The notes under the pieces: generated by a model
What the model was told of the DNA's origin: nothing
Seen by the model: the letters and a program-made list of their open reading frames with translations, nothing else
Database searches by the model: none
Source: Octopus bimaculoides
Taxonomy: Eukaryota
Assembly: GCF_001194135.2 (NCBI RefSeq)
Contig: NC_069005.1
Span: 34,491,762 to 34,555,761 of the forward strand
Length of the DNA stretch: 64,000 nucleotides
Direction: 5' to 3'
In this document: positions 39,645-53,522 of the stretch, piece by piece
How positions within the stretch are numbered: the stretch's first letter is position 1
How the letters are laid out: each line of letters starts with the position of its first letter
Translations under genes and position numbers: made by a program

Positions 39645-39885
39645 AAAGTGGTTGGTGTTAGGAAGGGCATCCAGACATAGAGACCATGCTACAAAAGACA
39701 ACTGGAACCTGGGCAGATCTTCTGATGGCCACCTCCTGTCAAACCATCCAACCCATGCTAGCATGGAAAATGGACATTAAACGATGATGATGATGATGAT
39801 GATGACGACGACGACGACGACGACGACGATGATGATGATGATGACAACGACGATTACGATGATGATGATGGTGATGACGATGATG
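39645..39885 (+). mobile_element. SINE/LINE 3' end with (GAT)n tail
   Basis: GTGGTTGGTGTTAGGAAGGGCATCCAG...AAACCATCCAACCCATGCTAGCATGGAAAATGGACATTAAACGATGATGAT. This is recognisable as a retroposon 3' region ending in a trinucleotide tail; single copy here. Confidence 0.6.
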
Positions 39886-39951
39886 CATGCAAGCATACGC
39901 ACGTACATATATACATAAACAGATGTTTAAAAAAAGGTGCACTCAGCCTCT

Positions 39952-40051
<100 letters not shown>

Positions 40052-40180
40052 AGAAGCAAAGCTCGATTAGTTTCGCCTGATTATTACCGGTTCGTCAGAA
40101 ACATCTATTTCTTTCCTCTTACGAAACGAAACCATCACCGATGCAACATTCTCAGTTCCTATCCTACATTTCACACCATA

Positions 40181-40206
40181 CCCTAACCCTAACCCTAACC
40201 CCAACC
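40181..40206 (-). repeat. Short interstitial telomere-type repeat (TTAGGG)3 plus a degenerate unit
   Basis: CCCTAACCCTAACCCTAACCCCAACC on the plus strand. Confidence 0.6.
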
Positions 40207-40890
40207 TCCCATACTTCACATTACACGCTACAAACATAAATATCCTAATGCAAACGTAATTGTCATTTCTGCTTTTCTCATAACATTCTTCCTAAGCCCT
40301 CCCTTAATCGTTACTGGTGTTAAGGCCGTCGTAATTATTAGAGAAACTTTATGCTTCTAATATATATATATACATATATATTTATTTATTTGTTTGTTTC
40401 TCAATTTATTTATTTATTTCTCTATTGATTTATTCATTGATGTGGTTTATACATTTATGCAATTATAACGATTTTCCAATTTTAGATACCTTCTTAATTT
40501 TTATCCTTTTTACAATGCTATAATGCTAACAATAATTCTAACAACTTATGTAATGTTTAACCAATTATTATACATTTTAATAGATTGCGAGCCAATTGTT
40601 AAATAACTGCAAAATAATTACTCTTTATATTCTTGAGTTTTTGGCGTAACTTTTGTATATTTTTTACTGGTATGTTTATATATATATATNNNNNNNNNNN
40701 NNNNNNNNNNNNNNNNNNNNNNNNNNNNNNNNNNNNNNNNNNNNGAAATATGTTTCGTGTACACAAGCATTTGTGTATCTTTTGTGACTTGCCAGAGATT
40801 TTGGTTTCTAGCTTTTTACAATTTTTGTACGTTGTACTGTTGTATATTTGCTGTTCATTGTCGTTTGTCTATAAACAATATCAACAGTCC

Positions 40891-40932
<42 letters not shown>

Positions 40933-41333
40933 TTATATATATCCTCCTCCACCACTGCCACCAGCGCAAATACCACATTACAAAACATCAAGAATGTTTC
41001 ACATTTCTACATCCTCCCCCTCTCTCTCTCTCTTGTATTATTTTCTTCTTATAATTCTCTCTAGCATCCTCTGTTTCTTTTTCCCTCTTCACCTCTATTT
41101 TTCATCTTCCTTCCTACGTTTCTCTCCGTCATCACTCTTTTATCACTCTCTCTCACTCTCCCTCTCTCTCTCACTCTCCCCCTCTCTCTTCCTCTCTCTG
41201 CTTTCATCTGTTATGTATACATCATTACGCCATTTCTCATACAAGACATTTCATAAGCTCGTTTCCTCCCCATACCACAAAATGCGTAACACCTACCTTC
41301 TCTACCACCACCACCACCACCACCATCAATAAT

Positions 41334-41373
<40 letters not shown>

Positions 41374-41697
41374 GCAATAACCACTGTCTTGCAGTCAAAT
41401 TTGTATCACAATAAGCTTCACTTCACACTGTGTACACAAATCGATTTAAAAGTCCACAAATATATGCAAATTGAACGTCAAATATAAACATGGAAAGGTT
41501 TCTTATACAAAAGGGTTAAATAGAATCCAGTCTTTGAGGATGGATTTTTCATGGGGTTATTTTCCATTTTCTTTTTTGTTTCTCCCTTTTTTGTTTCCGT
41601 TTTTCTTTTGTTTGTTTTTTAGTTTGCATCTCATTTTTTCTCTTTTATCACGAAACTATTTTAAAATACAAAAGTAAAACAATCATCATCATCATCA

Positions 41698-41759
<62 letters not shown>

Positions 41760-41771
41760 GCATCGTATCCA

Positions 41772-42160
41772 ACGCCTTGTGGTATTTAGCTAGGACGCTA
41801 TCCGTTTTCTGAGTTCAGATGCCGCAGAGGTCAGTGTTGTCTTTCATCCCTCCGTGGAGTCGATAAAGTAGAGCCCCAAGTATTGGCGTCGATGGAATCG
41901 ATCTAACCTCTGACCTCGATTCCAGACCTTGTGTTTATATTAGAAACAAATTAGGCAGTCGACTGGCAAAATCGTTGGAACATCTGACAAGTTGCTTTGC
42001 GCTATTTAGTTACGGTACTTGACGTTCTGAGTTCAAATGAGGTCGGTTTTACTTTTTATCTTTTAGGGGGGGGGCGATAAAATAAATACCAGTTGCGGTA
42101 GGGGTGGGGGTCGATGTACTCGACTTACCCTCACTCCTAAATGGCTTTGTTGCATTTGTT
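41772..42160 (+). mobile_element. Two degenerate family A SINEs head to tail (about 41772-41947 and 41952-42160)
   Basis: Each carries TTCTGAGTTCA(A/G)AT, a GATAAA block, a G(G/C)GTCGATG block and a CTT/TTTGT(G/T) tail block. Confidence 0.65.
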
Positions 42161-42699
42161 CTGTTGCTGTTATTTGTTGCTAGTGTTCCGTTACTACTGT
42201 TGTTGTTGTTGTTGCTGTTGTGTTGTATTAACGATATCCAACACATATCGTGGATACAATTATCAAAAATGTGATATATTTAATCTTTCACTCAAATTCC
42301 ATTATTGTAAATAAACAGATAAAAATCCACCAAACACGCCACTACCAATGATAATAATAATAATAATAATAATAATAGATAGTAATAATTATAGCAATGT
42401 ATAATAGATGATGATAACGATAAGTGAAGATGATGATGGTGATGATGCCTTCATTCTTATCTGCCTCCCTATAAATTTAATCTAAAACTATTCATCTGTA
42501 ATTGGAATTTTAGATCAGCGCAGCGAACATTATTATTGTTTGACAATCTATATTTAGTACAGTAGTTTCACCCCTCCCACCTCTCCCCACCTATCAAACA
42601 GATTCAATAGATATTCGATAAGAGATTGTTAATAAGATATCACTTAACACAATCCTCAACAGTGGGGTCCTCAGTTCGTGTCACTGGGACGGCATTTGT

Positions 42700-42855
42700 A
42701 ACGTTGTTGCTGTTAAGTCTGAGGTCAGACACGTGATCAGAGGTGCTCCATCCTTGTGAATCCCATGTCAATGCATGTGTGTACTTATGATCTACAATGG
42801 AATTTAAGACGATAGGGTGTAATTTGAAGGAGACATGGCAGTTATTTCTAGCAAT
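42700..42855 (-). mobile_element. Degenerate SINE-like repeat, family C
   Basis: TAGGGTGTAATTTGAAGGAGACATGGCAGTTATTTCTAGC matches the blocks at 1862-1901 and 60316-60354. Confidence 0.55.
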
Positions 42856-43644
42856 TACATCAGACAACATAAGGACTTAGTTGGTTTGTAATGTAAACCT
42901 ATGACGTGTAAATGCTCTCTAAAACTACTTTGGTGGGGGGCGGGGCAGTAAAGTGGCGTTCTTTTTTTTTCGATACAATTTCTTAGTGGTTGGAAGTGAG
43001 ACTGATGCGGTCCTGTATATAACGCTAGCCTACTACAAGTGACATTCCCCTAAATAGTCTGGAAACTATTCCAGAACTCGACCATCACTCGGAATCTAGT
43101 ATCTTGTGGTTACGAGTAGTACATACACTCTCTTCACTCGGGTACCTTCACCTAGGCGGACCCTCAAAAACTTTTCACCTACAGAGAAAGAAATCTGTAC
43201 ACGCATTTCTTTGACTGGTTCCTTATATCATTGACTCAAGAGGGAAAAAGAGGCAAAGCTGACCTTGGCACTATTTGAATTTAAACGGTCAAGAGCTGTG
43301 ACATTTTATTTGACACGTTAACAATGTCGCCGCCCTGAATAGATAATTTATTTTATTGATTACAAAAAGGCGAAAGACAAAGTTGACTTTGTCGTGTGTG
43401 AGTGTAGGACAAAATACTTGCTGTATTTTGTCTCACATTCTCCCGGGTGTTTTGGTTGCTATTTCGCCCGATATTTTGGTGAATGCATACAACCTAGGCC
43501 AGAGTAGTCTAGCTAGAAATGCATTAGCTTATTAGACAAATATCGCACCAGCATCTCTAGTTGATTCCTAAATAATCTGATACAAATAACCGTCAGCACT
43601 TAGGAGAATTCGGTCAGTGCTAAAGAGCTGTATTAACGGTTCTG

Positions 43645-43740
43645 ATCTCTAGTTCAATTGGAATAGCAGCGTTAATCTCTCTAGTTCAGTGTAGTAACTG
43701 TGATAATCTATAGCTCAGTGGTAATAACTCTGATAATCAT
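43645..43740. repeat. Degenerate minisatellite of about 30 bp, 3 copies
   Basis: Units ATCTCTAGTTCAATTGGAATAGCAGCGTTA / ATCTCTCTAGTTCAGTGTAGTAACTGTGATA / ATCTATAGCTCAGTGGTAATAACTCTGATA. Confidence 0.65.
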
Positions 43741-43907
43741 CTATGATAAATATGATAAACTATATCTGAATGCAACAACTACGCAAAACATCTGCCTTGT
43801 GACTTGGTAAAATCAGGAATCTGCGTCAAAAGAATTTTGTCGAATTCACATTAATCTTGATTTCAACTCGAACGACTCAGTCACCAGCTTTACTTTTACT
43901 GAGATGG

Positions 43908-43986
<79 letters not shown>

Positions 43987-45364
43987 TGGAGGGGTATATA
44001 GATAGCTATATTTACATATCCAAAAGCACACAGGTAGATATGTGTGTTTGAGTGTTTGAGTGTATGAAGGAGGGGAAAGTGTGTGCGAGACAGAGATGGA
44101 CAGACAGACAGAAAGACGGTGAACAGAGAGATAGAGAGAAATGGCTAGAAAGAGAGACAGTCTAATTGTAGAAAGGCAAAGCATGGATTCATTTAACAGA
44201 CGTTGCATTTGAATGAGTGCAAATTGAAAAATGCATTAAGTGCAAACTGTTGACTGCAATGTAAAATAGCTTGCTGATATTTCCTGATGCAGGATCTTAT
44301 AGACAACTGCTAGTCTTCAGCCAACTGCTAACATAGCCACACTTAAGCTACTTCCCCACAACCACCACCACCAACAACAACAACAACATCTTTCTCCTAC
44401 TCTCACCCCTTCATATCTCTCTCTCTCTCTCTCTCTTTTCATCCATATATATATGTGTGTATGTGACTGTGTGTATATATATACATGCACATATACACGC
44501 ATGCACGTTGATAGGTTAACGCTCATGAAAGGAAGAAAAAGTGCTGAACATCGAGTCTAAAGATTGAATGTTTTAATTCAATCAGCCGAAACGAATACAG
44601 GCTGAAAGTAGAGGTTTCATCAGAAGTACGTCTGAATCAATCCACCATCAGATTCATATATGTGTGTGTGGGGGGGGGGTATAGATAGATAGATAGCTAG
44701 ATAGATAGATAGATAGATAGATAGAGTGAAGGCTGATTGATCGATTGAGAGATTAATAGATAGAAACACATGCACATAGACGCACTCACACAAACATACA
44801 TACATACCTATACGCATACATTTATCTAACCATCATGACTTCTGCTCTAGACACACCTCCTTAAATATACATGTAATCACGTATATTTAAGGAGGTGCTA
44901 CACTTAAGCGCTTATTTTTACATTACACACATGCACACACTAACTCACATGCATGGATTTAAATACCCGCACGTATGTGTGTATATGTATACATACATAC
45001 ATACATACATACATACATACGTACGTACGTACGTACGTACGTGTGTGTGGGTGTGTGTGTTTGCGGGAGAGGAACATTCCATCGGAAATACGCGTGTGAT
45101 CGAGGGTAGCGATTTAAAATGGCGTAAAATTGATGTGAAGAGGTAGAGAGAGAGAAAAAAGAACTTTAGAAAAAGGAAGAGCGATAAATGAGAAAAAGAG
45201 GGAGAAATAGAGTGAGTGAGAGTGAGAATAATTTTTTTAAACTTCATTTGAAGGTTAGCACTCAAGTTAATTACTGACATAAGCTCCATTTGTTTGATTA
45301 TAAATCAACAATTGTACTGCTATGTTTGTCGCTAATGGCAAACTTTAATAGAAACCTATTTTGG

Positions 45365-45397
45365 CCGTCACTTTCCGTCACTTTCCGTCACTTTCCG
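45365..45397. repeat. 10-bp tandem repeat (CCGTCACTTT)x3.3
   Basis: Three perfect units followed by CCG. Confidence 0.9.
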
Positions 45398-45860
45398 ATA
45401 ACAAACAGATTCACTTCAATATAGAGATGCTAGCTCTTTTATAGAATCTTGTTGTTCTTTTCTTCTTTTGGAAGTGAGAGGGTGGATGTCGTGTTTCTTT
45501 CATGTAGCAAAGATATATGGCATTAGCTTAATAGAAAATATTATGCGCCTGTGTTGTAGAGTATGTATCTATTTATGGATATATATGTAAGGATATATGT
45601 GTGTGCGCGCGTGCGTGTGTGTGTGTGTGTGTGAGTACATATCTATTAATGTACATACATAAACATGTGCGTGTGTAAATATATCTCTATAGGATTATAT
45701 ACTTATATGGGGATTTTTGTATATATATATATATTCAAATATGTGTCTGTTTTTGCCCGTGTATATAAATGCACACGTATATAAATGTATGTATATATAT
45801 ATATATATATAGTTGTGTGTTTGTTTGTGTATGCATATTTGTATAAATGTATGTATACAA

Positions 45861-45892
<32 letters not shown>

Positions 45893-46787
45893 GTATTAAA
45901 ATATATGTGCATATGCATAACTATATGAGCACATATGTATATGTATATATTTTCGATATACATAAAAACGCACACAGACACAGAGACACACACACACATA
46001 GAAACAAACATACAATCCCCACCCACCCCCACCCCGCACGCACCCTGCAGCTTACATATAAAACATTTGTCTTTGTAACCCTGGCGTATAACATGGATGC
46101 ATCTTCTAAATTAAAATGTTGTACAGATTAAGAGAACGTGCCAAATCCACAAATCTCTACCAGATAAGCGGGTGTGTTTTATATCACTAATCCACGACAG
46201 ATCCACCTTAAATCTTTTGAAATAATTCTACAATCGTTATGGTGAATACAGTTATGAAAAAAAATTGGATATGACAATGGTTTCAGAGCATAATTCTGAC
46301 GGCGACATGAAAAGCCACTGGGAATAAAATAGCGACTGCTTCTTGATATCTCGGAATTATAAAGTCTTGTGTTTCTTTAATCAATACGTGACACTGTTTA
46401 GGGAGAGACTCTCTATGTAAACCTATAAGATGGAAAGGTTATAGGGTAATATACGAGAGTTTCATGTTGATGTTTTGAATGTGGAGGCAGTTAACCCAAA
46501 TGAGCTTGCATGTCGCCAAGTACATAAGAGGAAGGACTTTATGCAAATCGATGACACACTCGTCAGCGATACTTTACTGCCGAGGCAGACACACTCTTAT
46601 ACAATTTTTTCCTGCATTTAAATATATTGGAATGCGGTCGGAGCAGCGTTTATAATGCATTTTGTCTTTTACTCGAACATATCGAATGACATAATTTATT
46701 CTGAAACCCGCCCCCCCCCCACTTCTATTCATCTCTTCCATCCGCTTCCCTCCCTCCCTTTACCTACTACCCCCACGCTCTTTGTAT

Positions 46788-46925
46788 TTCTTTGCGGCAT
46801 CTTGTCCGTCTTTACGTTCTGAGTTCAAATTCCGCCGAGGCTGAATTTACCTTTCCTCCATTCGGAGTTGATAAACTAAGGACCAGTCAAGTGATGGGAT
46901 CGATGTAGCTACCAACTCCCGAAAC
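46788..46925 (+). mobile_element. SINE family A, 5'-truncated
   Basis: GTCCGTCTTTACGTTCTGAGTTCAAATTCCGCCGAGG...GATAAACTAAGGACCAG. Confidence 0.75.
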
Positions 46926-47309
46926 AGAAATAATGTGGAAAATGCCATAATAGCTGATATCAACACAGAAAATAACAACTTCAACAACGCGAGACAGAGA
47001 AGCTTAACAGAAAACAATAACAGAACGAATAACAACAACAAAAACATCGATGGGAACGCAACCAATACCAACGCCAGCAACAGGGAGACGGGCGTATTTG
47101 GAAGTAGCAATAGTAGTAAGAACGTGAACAATTCCATGACCACCACCGTCAACAGAGCGGAACAAGTACTTTCGCGGCAGCAACTGCGAAATGCCAACAA
47201 AAGTACGATGAGATAGACATCTCCAACAATAAAAGAGATGCTAGTCTTGGCCCACAAACTCATAAAATGAAAAAAAAACCCGAGCAAGCCTTGCAATGCC
47301 AGCCGAAGT

Positions 47310-47451
47310 GGCGGTTCGACAAAAGAAACCGATAGAATAAGGACTAGCCTTAGCAAAAGTAAGTTCTGGAGTCGATTTGTTCGACTAAATCTCTTTAAGG
47401 CGGTGCCCCAGCATGGCCGCAGTCAAATGACTGAAGCAAGTAAAAGAGAAA
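47310..47451 (+). mobile_element. SINE-like 3' segment (family D)
   Basis: GATAGAATAAG...GTCGATTTGTTCG...GCAGTCAAATGACTGAAGCAAGTAAAAGAG matches 62558-62758 and a fragment near 15108-15135. Confidence 0.7.
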
Positions 47452-48924
47452 CGCTATAGCCATGTTCATGCATACACACACACACATTATATATACGCAC
47501 ACATTATATATACACACACTCACACACATTATATATCATGTGTGTGTGATTCCTTGTTGTCTCCATCGTGTTGACGTGGTCCGTGGCATAGTTTTGAAAG
47601 TGCCTTACCTTTTACTAATAACAACAATTCTCTCACAATTAAACGACATCAACAATAACTTATAAAAACCAATTACTGAACTGGCATTTCCCATCATCCA
47701 TGATGTATTTCTGTCTGTCATACAAATTGATTTGCCTCAAATTACTAAGATTACATGATGTGAGGGCATAGTCACAGTCGTCGAGGCCTGAGAGACGTAA
47801 AAGCACAGTAATAACAATAACAACAATAGCAATGATAATAATAATTTAATTTCTTTTTTCCTTTTTCTTCTTTTTTAGTTTTTGTTGTTTTTGTCAAACG
47901 AACTTCATTCATTTGGACAAAGAATTACACAGAAATTCAAAATCGCGTGGGAGAGAGAGAAATTGTTATAAGAAATGGTTCCGGGTTCAGTTCCACTACG
48001 CGGCACCTTCGGCATGGAGTCAGTTGTGACACAAAACAGTATATGACAAGTTAAGGAGAACGTTTCTAAAGAATCGCCCCTAAATCTCTCTCATCGCCCA
48101 CAACTGACTTATCAAAGGGACCACATTGGGTTGTGTGGTCCTAAATACAATCTGTGTTTAAAACTACACTTGTATCTATTTCATTCACACAGACATTGGT
48201 CATAGCCTCTACTAACTTAATTTGTCTTAAAGCACTTTCAGTAGATTTACTCTACATGGTTCATGTGTCTTTATTTGCCAAGCACACACACACATACATA
48301 TCTATGTATGTAAGCATATGCACACATAGACGCAAATACATACATATATGTTAATTTGTATACAAACATGTTAGTGTCAGTGTGTGTATGTGTGTGTGTG
48401 CATGTGTCTGTCTGAGTGTGTGTGTGTATGCACGTGTGTGTGTACGCGCACATGTGTGTATGTGCATGTGTGTGTGTGTGTGTGTGTGGATGTGTAAATA
48501 TATGCGTGTATAAGTTAGATGTGACCTAAACAAAAACCTGTGCACGTTACTTCTTTGAAACAGATGTTCGCTGCAATACGGTAATTGTTCAAAGAAAACT
48601 GGTATTGTTCCAGGTCGTGTCTAAAAGGTACCGGAGCCTTTCCCCTCGCATTTCCCTCCTTTGATATCAATAATGTAACAGACACACTCTCTAAAATACC
48701 ATCGTCATTCCTATAGTTTGTTTCACACATTTCTACAAGTGGAAACTCTACCTGTAACAGGTGCTCAAACTCTCTGCTTAATCTCTATTTAGAAGGTCAC
48801 AAACAGGAATCTATCAAAACCAGCTGTCACCATTATTATATTGTCGCAGAAATACTTCATGATCGTCGTCATCGCTGGCATTATCATCATCATCATCATC
48901 ATTATCATCATCGTCATCATCATT

Positions 48925-48957
<33 letters not shown>

Positions 48958-48981
48958 GTCAGCAGCATCTCTACTGAGATG

Positions 48982-49361
48982 GGTAAGATAGTTGGAATTG
49001 TTAGAGCGTTGGAAAATGCACTGCCACATTTGGTACGGTTCTTTACGTTCTGAGTTCAAATCCCGCTGAGTCGATAAAAGAAAGTGCCAATGAAGTACTG
49101 GGTTCGATTGTATCGATTAACTGTTTCCCACTAAAACAGTTGACCTTGTGCCAAAATGTGAAACAATTATTAAAGACATCGAACTCGCAGAATCAGTAGC
49201 ATGCCGGACAAAATGCTTAGCAGCATGTCGTTCGCTTCTTTGCGTTCTGTGTGCAAATTCTGCCGGGATCGATAAAATAAGTACAAATTGATCAATGGGG
49301 TCGATGTAATCAATTTAACCTCTCACATGAAATTACTAACCTTGTACCAAAATTTCAAACC
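48982..49361 (+). mobile_element. Two internally deleted family A SINEs in tandem (about 48982-49169 and 49171-49361)
   Basis: Both have the head, a TTCTG(A/T)GT(T/G)CAAAT B box and the GATAAAA...GTCGAT/TTCGAT...CCTTGT(G/A)CCAAAAT tail, but lack most of the GTCGACTTTGCCTTTCATCC block. Confidence 0.7.
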
Positions 49362-50283
49362 AGGCTGTATATATATATATATATGTGTGTGTGTGTGNNN
49401 NNNNNNNNNNNNNNNNNNNNNNNNNNNNNNNNNNNNNNNNNNNNNNNNNNNNNNNNNNNNNNNNNNNNNNGGAAGAGAGGGGAGAGAGGGGAGAGAGAGA
49501 GAGAAGGAGAGAGAATGACAGAGGGAGAGGGAGAGGGAATGACAGAGGGAGAGGGAGAGTCCTGGGATCTTGGTCACGTTTTGGTTTTCATGAACCTTAT
49601 TCATTCTCACAGTATCGGTTGTTGCACGGGTTGCTTCGATAATCTGATTATCCCTGTTTCCTAATCTTGATATTGGAATGATTTCTCCATTTATTTCACA
49701 GATCCAGTATTGCCTTTTAGAATTTCCATAAGGCAAATCCTGTAGGCACTTCTTGCTAGTCCGACAACAATATTCGGTAGATTTGCTTTGCTCTGCCTCT
49801 CTCTGTGTGGACTCACATCCCCCAGGGTATGGTTACTTTGTTGTTCTAATATTTTTTCTGTTTTATGTTTACGCTACATCTGTTCTATTGCTAGTTTAAA
49901 ATGGTGGAATAATTTGCTGTGTGTAATACCAGGAAGTTACTTCCCATCTTTTACAATTCCTTCAAAATAATAATAAAAAGAAATAGCCATGTGAGCAACT
50001 CTTTGATGATGCCATGAGAAACTCTAACAGAGCCGAAGTGTTGATGGTTGTGTACATTCTTGACGCATTCCAGAAAAAGAAAAACCCTCCAAACTGGACG
50101 TTTGCTGTCCTTGTGTTGTGACATCCTTATGAGCCGCGCATTGAACGATTTCTGAGATGAATCAGAAAATGACAGGATATTCAAAAAAAAATGTATTTAA
50201 TACACCACACTAGTACATATGTATCTCTTTGTGCTACGTGTGTGTGCGCGCGCGAGTGTGTAATTAATTGTTTTAATAGACTA

Positions 50284-50485
50284 CGAGGGGGTGCTGAAAA
50301 GTTCCTGGTTTGGGGTAAAAGAAAATACAGGAGGATCGGTTAATTATGATTTTATTCAACATATTCCCCTCTCAGATTCCTGCATTTATTGCAAAGGTCC
50401 TTCGGTTTTTCTGAGCTCTGTAAAAGAACTTCTACCAGGCCTTTCGTGATATCTTTAAAGCCAGGAACTTTCCAGCATCCCCTAG
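50284..50485 (+). mobile_element. Mariner-derived MITE, copy 1
   Basis: TA|CGAGGGGGTGCTGAAAAGTTCCTGG ... CCAGGAACTTTCCAGCATCCCCTAG terminal inverted repeats. The reverse complement of 50352-50393 encodes CNKCRNLRGEYVE*, a mariner transposase C-terminal signature. Confidence 0.88.
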
Positions 50486-51583
50486 TGTACAAGAAGATAC
50501 GCACCTCTTTGTTAATGCATGCCTGTAACTGTTATAAAACAATTCTAATTGTTATTATTTTTATGATAAAGATTTTGAAAGTCTGATGTCGTGTCACAGC
50601 ACATTTTCAATTTTGTTCACCGTAAATCGAAAAGAAAAAGAAAAATCGTTGCTTGAAACATTAGTTTGCATAGAGGTGAAGGGCTGGGAGTTACCCACCA
50701 TATGAACGGCTCCCTTCTAAATAAATTTAGAAAAGTTTTGATAGAAACTTTTATTGAATTTTAATTAAACGTCACCGTTAGAACAAACAGAAACGTTGTA
50801 AACTTTCTTTACATTCGGCTAGATTTAAACATCGGTAAACATTAAAACGACAATATCCACATTGATAAACTATGCCACTAATTACTGAAATTATAATCAG
50901 CTCCTCTTTAATCATAAAAGAACTGGGGAACAACATCGTCAATCAGGTATTTATCTTAATCCCTTGTAAAATATCATTCAATCTTACGTCGTGTTAGTAT
51001 CATTTTATAACGGAGAGGGACAAATAGGATTTTACTTTTAGTTATTTTTATATGGGTCTTTTGCTTTGGTACTTTTTATTGTTTTAACAAATGAAACGAA
51101 ATGTAGTGTTTGTGATCTTATTGCAGGACCTCCCACGTAGAAATCGGTCGCCTGATATGAGGCCTGCTCCACAGTGGATTCTGCTACAATTTACAATGAC
51201 ATTAATTCTACAACCACTTCCAAGACAGAGACAGTACAATCAAGAGTCTTTGACTTGTAAAGGTGTGCGATAACCAGAAAGTATAACAGAAAACATGTAC
51301 ACCAAATGCCACTCCATGATATGGGATATGGAAACACGGGGCTGCGGAAAGAAAACTTCTTAACCACAAGACTACGTCAGTTTTTGATTTGGATATTTGA
51401 ATCCCAATGATTTTGGATGAAAGAAAGGATTCAACAGGGAACCTTAAATGAACAAACAGGAATTACTTTTAACATAAGCTGAGTTTATATTTGTCCTCAG
51501 TCCCACTGCTAAATATATAAAACATACACACATACACGGATACACACACACACAAACATATACAGGAAACATGCACACGCATA

Positions 51584-51801
51584 CAAGGCGGGGCTGAAAA
51601 GTTCCTGGCTTTGGGTAAACGAAAAAAACAGGAGGATCAGTTAATAATGATTTTATTCAACATATTCCCCTCCCAGATTCACACACTTATTGCAGCAATT
51701 CTTCAGTTTTTCTAAGCCCTGTAAAAGAAGGCGGAAGGTTGGGCCTCCAACCAGGCCCTTCGTGATATCTTTAAAGCTAGGAACTTTTCTGCAACCCTTT
51801 A
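51584..51801 (+). mobile_element. Mariner-derived MITE, copy 2
   Basis: TA|CAAGGCGGGGCTGAAAAGTTCCTGGCTTT ... AAAGCTAGGAACTTTTCTGCAACCCTTTA|TA. Interior colinear with copy 1 plus about 20 bp (GCGGAAGGTTGGGCCTCCA) that copy 1 lacks. Confidence 0.88.
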
Positions 51802-52031
51802 TATCTGACCACAGTTTCAACAAAACTTACAACATATACAGACCAGCTATTGTATTACCAACAAACATTATTACTGACAATAAATTTATTATCAAGCTAC
51901 AGCAATAGTATTATCAATACTGTATTTGAGAGAGACACACACACATGAACAACCCAAGGCACAGCATAACCATCTCTGTGCCTCTTACAAGATTTAGTAA
52001 ATTTGGGACTTTTATAATCAGATAATTAATA

Positions 52032-52252
52032 ATTTCTTAGAGGAGCACAAGGTCAAAAATTTAGATTGAGCGATGAGGTGATCAATTATATCGATCCCAG
52101 TATTTGACTGGTACTCTTGTTGTATCAATCCGAGAAAGATGAAAGCGAAAGTTCACTTCTGGCGGAAACTGTACTCAAAGCGTAAAGAGCCAGAACAATC
52201 AGCGTAAGACAATTTGTTTGACGCTCTATCGATTCTGCCAATCTAGCGCGCT
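52032..52252 (-). mobile_element. SINE family A, degenerate
   Basis: ATCGATCCCAGTATTTGACTGGTAC...GATGAAAGCGAAAGTT...CGATTCTGCCA is the reverse complement of the family A body and head. Confidence 0.7.
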
Positions 52253-52780
52253 CTACTAATTAATAATACAATTAAATCACACACAATACAGTAATGTATG
52301 CACATTGTTATACAAACATTGTGTGCCTGTGGCTTTTATGAAGTTAAATAGATCGGTATTTTCCTCTTATTTACCAACGTCTTCGAAATAACTCCCACCT
52401 TCTCTCTTTCTCTCCTTCCCTCTCTCTCCCTTCTTTTCTTTCTCCCTCCTTCCCTCTCTCTCCGTCTCTCTATTTCTGCCTCCACCTACCTCCTTCTTTG
52501 TTTACCTGTCGTTCACTCTACCAGTGGCGCCCTCCTCCTGTAGATAGATCTCACTACTGACAACCTTCACTTTTCCCTTCACAGCAATTCTACTTCCGTT
52601 TCATGTTTCCTTACTCCATTGCTCACCTATTAGCAGAAGAATGGTAAATTAAAGCACCAACAATCTCTCCCTCTCTCTATCACTCCCTTTCTTTCTCTCA
52701 CACAGACAGACACACACACACACACACACTCCCACCCTGTCTATATTTGAATGATGTGTGTGAACACATATACATATACT

Positions 52781-52815
<35 letters not shown>

Positions 52816-52879
52816 TTCCCTTTCTCTCACATCAACAAATATCCTTTCTCTCACACTCTCGGAGAGTCTCGAGGAAAAA

Positions 52880-52928
<49 letters not shown>

Positions 52929-53494
52929 AACCCCATCTACAGCCCATCTCCCCACCTACCTTCATATCTACTCTACACACCTCTATCAACCTTTCTATCA
53001 ACCCCTCCACCCACTTACCTAACTATCTACACACATACCTACATCACATTCTCCTCTGTCTCCTTCCACCACCATCACCACCACAACCAATAACCATATA
53101 CTGGCTTTTCAGTTTTCAATACAATGCTTTACTTGACGTATATATGTGTGTGAATTTGTGTACATACATACACATATACATACACATACACACATATGTA
53201 TGTATATATGTATGTTCTGCCGTTATATTTGCTAGATATTTATTTCTATTCTTATAACAAAGCACATTTATGTAAACTGATATCAAATTATTTTTAATGC
53301 TAACTTCCAGTTTTAGAGCTCTTTGTTTAACTTTTTCCCTTTTTTCTTTTTTCAATGCAAAAAGACCGTAACAGACTTCTCGATATTATCAGGTTCTTTT
53401 TTTCTTTCCATTATTTTCAGGTAATTTCTATATTTCACTCATCCCTATACAAGAAATCATTTCTGTTGCGTAATCCTCTTCTTATATCCGCCAG

Positions 53495-53522
53495 ATGATG
53501 GCATCACAGTTAGTTTACAGCT
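53495..53522 (+). other. Candidate 28-nt micro-exon
   Basis: GTAATCCTCTTCTTATATCCGCCAG|ATGATGGCATCACAGTTAGTTTACAGCT|GTGAGT, with a branch-like TAAT about 21-24 nt upstream of the AG. Splice signals only. Confidence 0.25.

Noticed and set aside
42640-42870. 76-aa minus ORF with an apparent acceptor site
   Set aside because: It overlaps the family C repeat found at three other positions.
46847-47356. Asn-rich 93-aa plus ORF and Leu/Val-rich 169-aa minus ORF
   Set aside because: A decayed (AAC)n-type tract flanked by SINE remnants; low complexity explains both open frames.
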